The notes: generated by a model not told the origin, from the sequence alone. A stretch of 60,929 nt of DNA, filler included, from 4 parts of 4 records of this genome joined end to end with filler, not necessarily neighbours in it, one strand, 5' to 3'. Positions 10,253 through 19,988 are shown, counted from the whole stretch's first letter. Made by a program: numbers and translations.

Positions 10253-12484
10253 CTACCAGCCTTTGTATGGGTTCGGGCCCACTTCTTCGATGGTTTCCAT
10301 GAAATCATCGATGATCTGGGGGATTTCTCCATAATCCGTAATGCCCACTTCAACAAATTTTACCCGTTCCGATTCCAGGGCCAGACGGTCAAGGGTTTCA
10401 GCCACTTTGCCCAGACGCGTATTGGCCAGTTCACTGCCCTTAACGAAATGGCACTGGTAATCGTCCCCGTGCCGGCATCCCATGAGGAGGATACCGTCAA
10501 TACCCCGTGACAGGGAGTCAGCAATCCACACCAGGTTCATGGAACCCAGGCACCGCATGGAGACGAACCGCACATAGGGGCTCCACTTCATGCGCTTGAT
10601 GCCTGCCATATCCAAAGCCGGCAAAGCGTCGTTTTCACAGATAAGACAGATAACCCTCGGTTTTTCCTCATCCTCTTCGGGAACATTGACGGATTTGATC
10701 ATGTTGCCGATCATCCCCACGGAGTAGTTCTTAAAGGAGATGATCCTCTCGGGGCAAGCCCCCATGCAAACGCCGCAGCGGCGGCACCGGGTGGGATTGG
10801 GGAGCGGATTGGCTTTCTCATCTTCGTTGATGGCCCCGAAGGGACACTCTTCCGTACACCGTTTACACTGGGTGCACCGGTTCATGTTGAATTCCGGGTA
10901 GGTCATGTCCCCGGCCCTGGGGTGAACCGCCTTCCCTTCCGCGGTCAGTTCGGAACACTGGATGGCTTTCATGGCGGCGCCGGCCGCATCATCCAAAACC
11001 TTGGCCGTTTCCATGGGCCTTTTCACGCATCCGGCGCTGTAAATGCCGGTCCTCCGCGTTTCATAGGGAAAACAGATGAAGTGAGAATCGGGGAAACCGT
11101 ATTTCAGGGTGGGGAGCTCCGGACCCTGTCGATACTCCAGGTTCAGGGCGGAGTTGGCAAAGAAACCGGAATCGGGCAGCACTTCCAGCATACCGTCCTC
11201 ATCCGCCCCTTCCGCATCGGCAGGGGCCTTAATTTTAGGGGTCACTTCCGGTTTTGAAGCGGGTACCATGCCCACTGCCAGGACCACCAGGTCCAACTCT
11301 TCAATCTTGACCTTCTCTCCCAGAAGTTCATCATCCGCTTCCACAAAGAGCTTTCCACCGGCCTCTCCCACTTCAGTGGCCGCCCCGCGAATGAAGATGT
11401 TGCCGTCTTCCTGGGCTTTCCGGTAAAAATCTTCCGCCTGGCCCACGGTACGAACATCCTTATACAGGACGTAGTTCACCGCTTCCGGATCCTGCTCCTT
11501 CACGTAGGTGGCCTGCTTCATGGAAACCAGGCAGCACGCGCCCGAACAATAGGGGAGATGTTCTTGGTCCCTGGAGCCGGCACACTGGATAAAGAGTACA
11601 TTTTTCGCCGGGCTTCCATCGGAGGGCCGGGTAATTTTACCGGCCGCTGCCATCTCTTCCATTTCAACATTGGTTATGACATCTTTGAAATTGCCGTAAC
11701 CCAAATGACCCAGCTTGTTGGCATCGTAAGGAACCCATCCCGTGGCCTGTACGACGGATCCTGCCCGTTCATTGACCACATTACCTTCGTTTTTGATAGC
11801 CACGTCAAACAGGCCGGGGGCACCGGTAATCTTCTCAACCGTTGAAGCGGTGTAGACCTTGATCTTGTCTTCCGCTTCCACTGCCTGGATGAGTTCTTCC
11901 GCGCCGGTATCCGAAAGTTCTTTGTAAGGAAGTGTGACGGTCTTCTTCATTTTCCCCAGGAAACCGCCTAAGCTATCTTCCTTCTCCACCAGGATGGCAT
12001 TGGAACCGGCTTTGGCCGCCTCAAGGGCCGCCGTCATACCGGCCAGGCCACCGCCCACCACCAACACGTCCTTGGAATATTCCTCTTCCGCCTTGAACGG
12101 TTCCGGCGGTAGGCTATCCTTGGCTTTGGAACATCCCATGCGCAGGTTGTCTTCCGCCAGTTCCTGGGTGTTTTCCTCTTTGGGAGGCATGACCCAAGCC
12201 ACCTGCTCTCTCAGGTTGACCCGCTCAACCACCACATTCAGGCCAAAGTTGAATACATCGTAATTGACCCGGTAGGAACAGGCTCCGATGATCACGGTGT
12301 TAATCCCCTCATCGGCAATATCTTTCTTGATCAACTCAGCACCCTCGGCGCTGCACAGGCAGGGATGATCCTTTGAGACATCAATCTCGAAGTCTTCAGT
12401 CCCTTCCTCCTTGAGCTGTTCAATATCCAGGGCATCTCCAATGCCGCACCCGGTGCATAAATAAACTGCTGTCTTCTTGTCCAT
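10253..12484 (-). CDS. qmoB: quinone-interacting membrane-bound oxidoreductase subunit B (HdrA-like + ferredoxin + MvhD domain)
   Basis: GGGLAG FAD motif, QCAGSRD..HLPYCS, YRQGPELP..YGFPDSHFICFPYETRRTG, two CxxCxxCxxxCP motifs and a C-terminal MvhD domain. Located after qmoA. Confidence 0.95.
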   Translation of the reverse strand: MDKKTAVYLCTGCGIGDALDIEQLKEEGTEDFEIDVSKDHPCLCSAEGAELIKKDIADEGINTVIIGACSYRVNYDVFNFGLNVVVERVNLREQVAWVMPPKEENTQELAEDNLRMGCSKAKDSLPPEPFKAEEEYSKDVLVVGGGLAGMTAALEAAKAGSNAILVEKEDSLGGFLGKMKKTVTLPYKELSDTGAEELIQAVEAEDKIKVYTASTVEKITGAPGLFDVAIKNEGNVVNERAGSVVQATGWVPYDANKLGHLGYGNFKDVITNVEMEEMAAAGKITRPSDGSPAKNVLFIQCAGSRDQEHLPYCSGACCLVSMKQATYVKEQDPEAVNYVLYKDVRTVGQAEDFYRKAQEDGNIFIRGAATEVGEAGGKLFVEADDELLGEKVKIEELDLVVLAVGMVPASKPEVTPKIKAPADAEGADEDGMLEVLPDSGFFANSALNLEYRQGPELPTLKYGFPDSHFICFPYETRRTGIYSAGCVKRPMETAKVLDDAAGAAMKAIQCSELTAEGKAVHPRAGDMTYPEFNMNRCTQCKRCTEECPFGAINEDEKANPLPNPTRCRRCGVCMGACPERIISFKNYSVGMIGNMIKSVNVPEEDEEKPRVICLICENDALPALDMAGIKRMKWSPYVRFVSMRCLGSMNLVWIADSLSRGIDGILLMGCRHGDDYQCHFVKGSELANTRLGKVAETLDRLALESERVKFVEVGITDYGEIPQIIDDFMETIEEVGPNPYKGW

Positions 12485-12488
12485 CGAG

Positions 12489-13757
12489 TTACCTCCTCGC
12501 GATTGATTGGATAGCCTTCAAAGCGGATGACGTGGCGTCCTGCACGGATGTAGCCACATCCGTGGGTCTCCTGACACAACCGGCACCGTAGATGCCCTTC
12601 TTTTCCGGATCATTGACCACGAAACCATATTCGTCCGCCGCCACATCGGGTGCGCCGGCTATGTCGATCTTGTTGGGAACCATACCGGTGGCCAGAACCA
12701 CCATGTCAAAGGTCATGCGGAGTTGCTCGCCGGTCCGGGTATTTTCACCCTCCAGCAGCAGGTCGCCCGTTTCTTCATCCTCTGAGATGTTTGCAATTTT
12801 GCTTTTGATGAATTCTATTTTTTCATCTTCCTGTACCTTGGTGTAAAAGTCTTCCAGCCGATCCAGTGCTCGGATATCAATAAAAAAGATGCTGATGTCA
12901 CAGTCCGGGTGTCGCTCCCGCACATAGGTGGCCTGCTTCATGGAAGCCAGGCAGCAAATGCCGGAACAGTAGGGGAGATGATTTTCATCCCTGGATCCCG
13001 CGCACTGAACAAAGGCGATGTTTTTGACTTCTTTGCCGTCCGAAGGCCTGAGAATCTTGCCGTTCGTAGGGCCACCGGGAGCGGCCATGCGCTCCATCAT
13101 CACATTGGTGATTACATTATTGTATTCGCCGAACCCGTAATAATCGACGACTTCCGCATCATACGGATCCCAGCCGGCAGCCCAGACCACGGCGCCCACA
13201 TTCAGATCAAAGGTGGACTCCGCCATATCCAGCTCAACAGCGCCATACTCACAGGCTTCCAGGCACTTCTTACCGTCTTCGGTTTCCACAATGGAAGGAT
13301 CAATCACATACCGCATGGGGAATGCGAATTCATGGGGCAGGTAGGCGGCCTTCATCTTGTCCATACCGAAATTGAACGGATTTTCGATTTCCGCCTCACA
13401 GGCGTCACTGCACTTACCGCAGCAGGTACATTTATCATTCACATACCGGGGCGACAGTTTGATGGTCACATTGTAATTACCTTCGGCTCCCGAGATATTT
13501 GCCACTTCCGCCATGGTGAAAAAACGGATTTTCGAATTCTGTCGCATGCGCCGGAAATTGATTTCAAGACCGCAATTGGGCGGGCACAGCTTGGGAAAAT
13601 ACTGATACAACTGGGTCACACGCCCACCCAGGTAGGGATTCTTTTCAACCAGCACCACGTCATAACCGGCCTCGGCCGCTTCCAGGGCGGACGTAATCCC
13701 GCTCATGCCTCCGCCAACCACCAGTATACTCTGGTTTGTCGTTTGTACATCTGCCAT
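12489..13757 (-). CDS. qmoA: quinone-interacting membrane-bound oxidoreductase subunit A
   Basis: VVGGGMSG, YFPKLCPPNCGLEIN and QCAGSRDENHLPYCS. Directly downstream of aprA. Confidence 0.95.
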   Translation of the reverse strand: MADVQTTNQSILVVGGGMSGITSALEAAEAGYDVVLVEKNPYLGGRVTQLYQYFPKLCPPNCGLEINFRRMRQNSKIRFFTMAEVANISGAEGNYNVTIKLSPRYVNDKCTCCGKCSDACEAEIENPFNFGMDKMKAAYLPHEFAFPMRYVIDPSIVETEDGKKCLEACEYGAVELDMAESTFDLNVGAVVWAAGWDPYDAEVVDYYGFGEYNNVITNVMMERMAAPGGPTNGKILRPSDGKEVKNIAFVQCAGSRDENHLPYCSGICCLASMKQATYVRERHPDCDISIFFIDIRALDRLEDFYTKVQEDEKIEFIKSKIANISEDEETGDLLLEGENTRTGEQLRMTFDMVVLATGMVPNKIDIAGAPDVAADEYGFVVNDPEKKGIYGAGCVRRPTDVATSVQDATSSALKAIQSIARR

Positions 13758-13784
13758 TGTCTCCTCCAGCGTTATTGATTTCTA

Positions 13785-13819
13785 AGCTGTCAGCTATTAG
13801 CCGTTAGCTATTAGCTAAA
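13785..13819. repeat. heptamer tandem repeat (AGCYRTY)x5
   Basis: agctgtc-agctatt-agccgtt-agctatt-agctaaa, upstream of qmoA. Confidence 0.65.
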
Positions 13820-13897
13820 CTCTTTACATATCTCGTCACTGACCATTTCCCTAAGGGTACCGGAAAATGGGCATTGACCAGATACGGATCGGCAATT

Positions 13898-13936
13898 AAC
13901 AAAATGCTCCAGGCATCAAAAAAGACGCCTGGAGCA
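13898..13936 (-). terminator. rho-independent terminator after aprA
   Basis: Minus strand TGCTCCAGGCGTC-TTTTTT-GATGCCTGGAGCA followed by TTTTGTT, about 20 nt after the aprA stop. Confidence 0.75.
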
Positions 13937-13957
13937 GAGGTTAACAAAAGTTAATGA

Positions 13958-14798
13958 TTATACACCGGGGATGTTCCACACATCTTTCTTGGACATTTCC
14001 CATTCGCCGGTTGCAGGATCAAATCTGCAATTGGCGAAGCAGTGCCAGTTTTCTTCGTCCATGGTGGGTTTATCAGCGCGGAAGTAGTATCCAGGCCAAC
14101 GGGTCTCTTCACGGAACAGCATGGTGCGCACATGGGCTTCCGCCTGTGCCATGCGGTGCATATTCTCCCAGCACCTTTCCAGCTCGTAGATACCCTCGGC
14201 AGCCAGTTTTTCGGCATCTTCCTGCAGATACACGAACAGCTCCATGGCCCTGTCAAGATTCGATACACTGGTCTTGAAAGCCGCGGTTACGCCGCCTGCA
14301 TACTCATCCATGATCTTCTGCATACGATCCATGAAGGGGCGCCACAGGATGTAGTTGGGGTTGACGGTGGGTTCGGTGGTAAAGTTGCAGAATTCCTGGT
14401 AGCGATCCAGAGGCGCCAGGATCTTGGCTTTCAGATCTTCCACCACGGCCGCATCCACATTGGGCTCCGCACCCTTTTCCACGATGTACTTGATGGCGGA
14501 TTTACCGGTAATACGGCCTTCCGCATGGGAACCGGAGGAGAACTTATGGCTGGAGGCGCCGGAGGCGTCGCCGGCCGCAAACAGTGCGTCCACCGTCGTC
14601 ATCTGGGCGTATCCCCATTTGTAGGGGGTGTCCAGATCTTCAGGACCGCTCACCCATGCACCGGAAGCACCGGAGTGGGAACCGATGAAGTAAGGCTCAC
14701 AAGCGGCGATTTCGGAGTGTTTCTCTTCGGGTTTGACATTCAGGGCAGCCCAGAGATGGGCCTGGGAAATGGTCATATCCAGGAAGTCTTCCCATGCT
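13958..14798 (-). CDS. aprA: adenylylsulfate reductase alpha subunit (C-terminal part, truncated by contig end)
   Basis: WEDFLDMTISQAHLWA, EPYFIGSHSGASGAW, HKFSSGSHAEGR and REETRWPGYYFRAD. Confidence 0.95.
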
Positions 14799-14898
14799 NN
14801 NNNNNNNNNNNNNNNNNNNNNNNNNNNNNNNNNNNNNNNNNNTTAATTAATTAANNNNNNNNNNNNNNNNNNNNNNNNNNNNNNNNNNNNNNNNNNNN
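14799..14898. other. artificial contig linker
   Basis: 44 N + TTAATTAATTAA (stops in all six frames) + 44 N. Confidence 0.99.
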
Positions 14899-15500
14899 CT
14901 GCAAAAGGTTTAGAGTGGGATAGTGTAACCATAGCAGATGATTTTACCGATTTTGCTGATCTGATAGTAGACTTTGGATGTGAGAGTTTAGAAGAGTTTT
15001 TAAGTGAGCAAAACCATTTACCAAATCAAGAACTTATAGATGAATTCAATCTCTTTTATGTAGCTATTACAAGAGCAAAGAAGATCCTTTTAAAAGATAG
15101 TGAGAATTTTCACTATCTGATGGCAAAAGATATCCATAAACTAGTAGATAGTAGAATAAAAGATGCAAAAGCAAATCTTGAAGCAGTGCAGTCAGGTAAA
15201 AAACAAAAAGCTTCGAAGATGGAAGCAGAAGATAAACTTCTTGTAAGACAACAGAAAAACCTCGAAGAGGGTAAAGCAAAAAATACAGGGCTTAAATGGA
15301 ATCTAGAAGATAAGATACAAGCAAGAAGTATGTATAAAAAAGATAAAACTATAGGGCAGATAGCTCAAAAACTAGAGCGAACTACAGGATCAATAATAGG
15401 AGAGCTTCATAAAAGTGAAGTGATAAGTAAATCTGAACAGTTGAAATTAGCAGAGCTTTTAAAAACTGATCCCTCAAATGCAAGGAAAAATGGGCTTTAA
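14899..15500 (+). CDS. UvrD-like SF1 helicase, C-terminal part (partial) with an HTH-like tail
   Basis: Frame from 14901 reads AKGLEWDSVTIADDF...FNLFYVAITRAKK (SF1 motifs V/VI) and is in frame with ORF 15120-15500. Confidence 0.85.
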
Positions 15501-15501
15501 A

Positions 15502-16008
15502 ATGGGTACTATAAATATAAGCTATTATAGAAAATATGGATTTGATCTTATCCTTGGAACTTATGACAAAAAACTTTGTCTTCTAGGGTTTATGGGAAGT
15601 AAGCATAGAGAAAAACAAGATAAAAAAATACAACATGATCTAGATGCAAAGTTTAAAGAGTGTGAAGATGAGCTGTTAGAACAAATAAAAAAAGAGCTTG
15701 ATGAGTATTTTGAGGAAAAAAGAAAAAGTTTTACCATCCCACTTTTGATGGTTGGAACTGAGTTTCAAAAAAGTGTATGGAAAGCTTTACAAAAAATACC
15801 TTATGGAGAAACTTCCACTTATAAAAAACAAGCTAGTATGATAGATAATGAAAAAGCGATACGAGCCGTAGCCAATGCCAATGGAGCAAACCCTATCTCC
15901 ATCATAGTTCCATGTCATAGGATCATAGGAAGTGATGGAACTTTGACAGGTTTTGGTGGTGGATTGGATTTAAAACAAAAGTTACTAGATCTTGAAAAAG
16001 GAGTATAG
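15502..16008 (+). CDS. ogt: methylated-DNA--protein-cysteine methyltransferase
   Basis: GTEFQKSVW..IPYGET, RAVANANGAN and the active-site PCHR. Confidence 0.95.
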   Translation: MGTINISYYRKYGFDLILGTYDKKLCLLGFMGSKHREKQDKKIQHDLDAKFKECEDELLEQIKKELDEYFEEKRKSFTIPLLMVGTEFQKSVWKALQKIPYGETSTYKKQASMIDNEKAIRAVANANGANPISIIVPCHRIIGSDGTLTGFGGGLDLKQKLLDLEKGV

Positions 16009-16452
16009 ATGCTAATACAAAAAGCTACCATAGAAAATATACCAAAACTTTGTGAACTTTTAGAGCAACTTTTCTCTTTAGAAGTAGAATTTAGTCCAAA
16101 TAAAGAGTTACAAAAAAAAGGACTAAAAGAGATTATACAAAGTGAGCATTTAGGTGATATATTTGTAGCAATAAAAGATGATGAAATAGTTGCTATGCTT
16201 AATATCCTTTATAGTTATTCTACAGCTTTGGGAGCACCTGTAGCACTTTTAGAAGATATGATAGTTGATAAGAACCATAGAGGAGAGCAGATAGCTACAC
16301 GATTGGTGGAATATGTAAAAAGTTATCTAAAAGAGCATGGATTTGAGAGGGTTACACTACTTACAGATAATGATAATGTAAATGCGCAAAAGTTTTATAA
16401 AAAAATTGGCTTTAAACACTCTTCGATGATCCCTTTTCGATTGGAGTTGTAG
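16009..16452 (+). CDS. GNAT family N-acetyltransferase
   Basis: LEDMIVDKNHRGEQIATRL and N..AQKFYKKIGF motifs. Confidence 0.9.
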   Translation: MLIQKATIENIPKLCELLEQLFSLEVEFSPNKELQKKGLKEIIQSEHLGDIFVAIKDDEIVAMLNILYSYSTALGAPVALLEDMIVDKNHRGEQIATRLVEYVKSYLKEHGFERVTLLTDNDNVNAQKFYKKIGFKHSSMIPFRLEL

Positions 16453-16479
16453 TTAGATTTGATATAATAACAAATCTAA
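16453..16479 (+). promoter_or_regulatory. extended -10 promoter (TGnTATAAT) enclosed by a 9-bp inverted repeat, upstream of pxpA
   Basis: TTAGATTTG-ATATAATAA-CAAATCTAA, with TGATATAAT at 16460-16468. Confidence 0.5.
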
Positions 16480-16498
16480 AAAAAGAGAGTTTGAAAAA

Positions 16499-17227
16499 AT
16501 GATACGATTAAATTGTGATATGGGTGAGAGCTTTGGGATTTTAAAGATGGGGGAAGATGAAAAAATTATGCCCCATATCCATATGGCAAATCTAGCTTGC
16601 GGCTTTCATGCTTCAGACTCTCTTACTATGAGTAAATCAGTAAAATTAGCAAAACAACATAATGTGATAATAGGAGCTCACCCTTCCTATCAAGATCTAG
16701 TAGGTTTTGGAAGAAGAAGTATAGAGTGTAGTGAAGAGGAGATAATCGCAAAGATTCTTTATCAATTAGGAGCACTCAGTGCATTTTGTAAAGCAAATGG
16801 TACGAAAGTCTCCTATCTAAAACCACATGGGGCACTTTATAATGATATGATGAAAGACGAAACCATCTTTGAAGCTATAGTAAAAGCGATCGCTTCTTTT
16901 GATACAAATATAAAACTTATGATCCTCTCTCTACCAGATCCTAAAAATTTTCAAGATCTTGCTTCCAAATATAATATAAAACTACTTTATGAAGTATTTG
17001 CTGATAGAAACTACAATGATGATGGGACTTTAGTATCAAGACAAGAAAAAAATGCAGTGGTAAAAGATGAAAAAGAGGTGATAAAAAGAGTTGAAAAATT
17101 ATCACAAAAAGGATATATCAAAAGTATCAATGGAAAAAAACTTTTTTTAAAAGCCGATACGATTTGTGTCCATGGAGATGGAGAAAATGCACACTCTTTT
17201 ATAAAAGCTTTGAAAAAAGTATTGTAA
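16499..17227 (+). CDS. pxpA: 5-oxoprolinase subunit A (LamB/YcsF)
   Basis: LNCDMGESFG, ANLACGFHA, GAHPSY.D..GFGRR, KPHGALYN and CVHGD. Confidence 0.95.
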   Translation: MIRLNCDMGESFGILKMGEDEKIMPHIHMANLACGFHASDSLTMSKSVKLAKQHNVIIGAHPSYQDLVGFGRRSIECSEEEIIAKILYQLGALSAFCKANGTKVSYLKPHGALYNDMMKDETIFEAIVKAIASFDTNIKLMILSLPDPKNFQDLASKYNIKLLYEVFADRNYNDDGTLVSRQEKNAVVKDEKEVIKRVEKLSQKGYIKSINGKKLFLKADTICVHGDGENAHSFIKALKKVL

Positions 17228-17913
17228 TGCTTGATATAAAAGTAGCTTCTGTTGATTCTGTAATTATCTACTTTAGTGATACTATTTCAAAAAAGAGTTC
17301 AAATAGGGTTAAATCAGCGTATAAACTATTAAAAGAGTTAGATGAAAAAGCCTTTATTGAGATCGTACCATCTTACACTTCTATCTTAATCACCTATAAT
17401 ATTTTTATCTATGATTTTAATGTTATAAAAAATCTATTACAAAAGTTATTAAAGAATTTACAAGTAGAAGAGAAAGAGAGTGGAGAACTTATCACTATAG
17501 ATGTATATTATGGTGAAGAAGTGGGTTTTGATCTTCAAAGAATAGCAAAAAAAGCTAATATATCTATTAAAGAAGTGATAGAGACCCATAGCTCAAAAAT
17601 CTATGATGTCTATGCAATAGGTTTTTTACCAGGCTTTGCTTATCTTGCTGAAGTTGATAAAAAGATCATAACACCAAGGCTAGAATCACCAAGAACTAAG
17701 ATACCAAAAGGCTCAGTAGCCATAGCAGATACTCAAACTGCGATCTATCCTCAAAACTCTCCTGGAGGTTGGAATATCCTAGGAAGAACCACTTATGAGC
17801 TTTTTGATAAAAGTTTGAAGAGTTTATCCCCAATCACTATTGAGTCAAAGATTAAATTTAATCCTATCTCTAAAGAAGAGTTTATAAACCAAGGTGGAAC
17901 ACTTGAGCTTTGA
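17227..17913 (+). CDS. pxpB: 5-oxoprolinase subunit B
   Basis: IGFLPGFAYL, GSVAIA..QTAIYP..SPGGWNILGRT. Start is ATG 17227, overlapping the pxpA stop. Confidence 0.92.
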   Translation: MLDIKVASVDSVIIYFSDTISKKSSNRVKSAYKLLKELDEKAFIEIVPSYTSILITYNIFIYDFNVIKNLLQKLLKNLQVEEKESGELITIDVYYGEEVGFDLQRIAKKANISIKEVIETHSSKIYDVYAIGFLPGFAYLAEVDKKIITPRLESPRTKIPKGSVAIADTQTAIYPQNSPGGWNILGRTTYELFDKSLKSLSPITIESKIKFNPISKEEFINQGGTLEL

Positions 17914-18823
17914 AGTAATAAAAGCAGGTCTTTTTACAACCTTACAAGATAGAGGAAGGTTTGGCTTTACTCATCTAGGAGTAACAAACTCTGGAGTAAT
18001 GGATGAATATGCTGCATTAGCTGCACATAAACTTCTTAGTAATGATTTTGATACAAATATTTTAGAGATCACTTTTGTAAATGTAGAGCTAAAAGCAACG
18101 AGTGAAACCTATATCTGTAGCACAGGAGCATATTGTGAATTTTATATTAATAATGAGCTTAAAACTATATGGCAAGTATATAAAATAGAAAAAAATGATC
18201 ATATAAAAATAGGTAAAATATTTAGTGGCCAAAGAGTATATTTAGCTATAAAAGATGGCTTTGATATACCAAAAGAGTTTAGAAGTAACTCTACAACTAT
18301 AAAAGAATCTTTAGGTGGTATAAGTGGGAATGTAATAAAAACAGGAGATATACTCCCTTTTAAAAATAATACGAACGTTCCTTTAAAAAGGTGGCAGAAA
18401 AGAAACTTACCTAAATATACAGATGAACTTACTTTACGAGTAGTATTATCTTATCAAGAGAAAAATTTCTCTAAAGAGCAAAAAAAGAAGTTTTTTCATT
18501 CAAGCTATACTATAACAAAAGATTTTAATAGAATGGCATGTAAATTAAGTGGTGAAAAGATAGAGTCATCTTTAGATGGGATCATCTCCGAAGCTATTAC
18601 ATTTGGTAGTATTCAGATCCCAAAAGATGGACAACCAATCATTCTACTAAAAGAGAGACAAACCATAGGAGGATATCCAAAAATAGGAAGTGTACTTAGT
18701 ATCGATTGTTTTAAATTAGCCCAAATGAAAATAGGTGGAAAGGTACGATTTAAAGAAATAAGTTTACAAGAAGCACAAGAAAAAGTGAAACTTTTTTATA
18801 GTAGTTTTTATGAAAGTAATTAG
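17894..18823 (+). CDS. pxpC: 5-oxoprolinase subunit C
   Basis: TTLQDRGRFG...GVMD and GSIQIP.DGQPIILL.ERQTIGGYPKIG. Confidence 0.92.
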   Translation: MEHLSFEVIKAGLFTTLQDRGRFGFTHLGVTNSGVMDEYAALAAHKLLSNDFDTNILEITFVNVELKATSETYICSTGAYCEFYINNELKTIWQVYKIEKNDHIKIGKIFSGQRVYLAIKDGFDIPKEFRSNSTTIKESLGGISGNVIKTGDILPFKNNTNVPLKRWQKRNLPKYTDELTLRVVLSYQEKNFSKEQKKKFFHSSYTITKDFNRMACKLSGEKIESSLDGIISEAITFGSIQIPKDGQPIILLKERQTIGGYPKIGSVLSIDCFKLAQMKIGGKVRFKEISLQEAQEKVKLFYSSFYESN

Positions 18824-19613
18824 AACCATGGAAAAAAATATCATCTATACAATTTATCAAAAACTATTTGCAGAATATGGATCACAAGGCTGGTGGCCTT
18901 TTAAAGGTGTAGGTTATCATCCAAATGATTATAGCTATCCAAAAAACAGCGATCAAACCTTTGAAGTAGCCCTAGGCTCAATCCTTACTCAAAATACCAC
19001 ATTTATCTCAGTACAAAAAGCACTTGATAATCTAGAAAAACTAAATGCTTTGACTCCAAAAGCTATAAAAGAGCTAGATATAGATGAACTGAAACTAGCT
19101 ATAAAACCAGCAGGGTATTTTAATCAAAAAGCGAACTATATCTTACATTTTATAGAGTCTTTTGAAAAGCTAGAGGGCAAAACTCCAAGTAGAGAGGAAC
19201 TTTTAAAAGTAAAAGGGGTAGGGGAAGAAACAGCTGATTCTATTTTACTTTATGGATATAATGAAGATCAGTTTAAAGTAGATGCTTATACGAAAAGGTT
19301 ATTGTGTGAACTTGGGATTATAGGTGAGAAAACAAAATATAAAGAGATCAAGAAGCTTTTTGAAGATGCTTTAGAAAAAGAGATACTTGATAAAGAACAA
19401 AGAAGAAAAATATATCAAGAGTATCATGCTTTGATTGTGGAGCATGGGAAAAGGTATTATTCTAAGAAGCCTTATGGCATTGGGTGTTTTTTGAAAGAGT
19501 TTAGCAAATGGGAAAATGGAGCTAAATTGGCTTTAAAAGATAAAAGTTATATGGAGTTTTTAGAGCAAACAAGTGATAATATTGATGATATTTATAAATA
19601 TGACAATAAGTAA
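18810..19613 (+). CDS. HhH-GPD / endonuclease III-related DNA glycosylase with an antitoxin-derived C-terminal tail
   Basis: GWWP, GSILTQNT, IKPAGYFNQKA, HhH LLKVKGVGEETADSILLY, VDAYTKR and EYHALIVEHGK. No Fe-S Cys motif. Confidence 0.88.
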   Translation: MKVIRTMEKNIIYTIYQKLFAEYGSQGWWPFKGVGYHPNDYSYPKNSDQTFEVALGSILTQNTTFISVQKALDNLEKLNALTPKAIKELDIDELKLAIKPAGYFNQKANYILHFIESFEKLEGKTPSREELLKVKGVGEETADSILLYGYNEDQFKVDAYTKRLLCELGIIGEKTKYKEIKKLFEDALEKEILDKEQRRKIYQEYHALIVEHGKRYYSKKPYGIGCFLKEFSKWENGAKLALKDKSYMEFLEQTSDNIDDIYKYDNK

Positions 19614-19625
19614 GGTAAGTGATAA

Positions 19626-19988
19626 ATGGGAAAAGATTTGATTGATAAAAAAGAGTTTTATGATTCTATAAAATCTATTCTTCAAACTGCAAGAGATAAA
19701 GCATATAAATCAGTGAACTTTATTATGGTAGAAGCTTATTGGAATATAAGAGCTCAAATAGTTGAAGATAGAGCAAAATACGGTACATACCTTATTAAAG
19801 AGCTTTCAAAACAATTAACCCAAGAGTTCGGGAAAGGTTTTAGTCAACAAAATCTTAGAAATATGAAACAGTTTTATAAGAGTTTTCCAATTTGCTCTAC
19901 ACTGTGTAGCGAATTGAGCTGGAGTATAAGGGCACTTGAAAGGGATGTTTTAGAAGTTAAGATGAGGAGGGAAAGTTGTAATGAATAA
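19626..19988 (+). pseudogene. truncated DUF1016/YhcG-family gene (N-terminal region only)
   Basis: VN..MVEAYWNI, YG..LIKELS..LT.EFGKGFS..NLRNMKQFY..F and LSWS match the DUF1016 N-terminus. The ORF ends at 120 aa without the PD-(D/E)XK domain. Confidence 0.75.

Noticed and set aside
8697-13757. Possible selenocysteine recoding in Hdr/Qmo genes
   Set aside because: All four ORFs are full-length with Cys at the expected motifs and need no in-frame TGA readthrough.
12909-14854. 289-aa and 270-aa plus-strand ORFs
   Set aside because: Antisense to qmoA and aprA, and one runs into the N linker.
14843-14854. TTAATTAATTAA palindrome (also in the other two linkers)
   Set aside because: Synthetic six-frame-stop linker, not biological.
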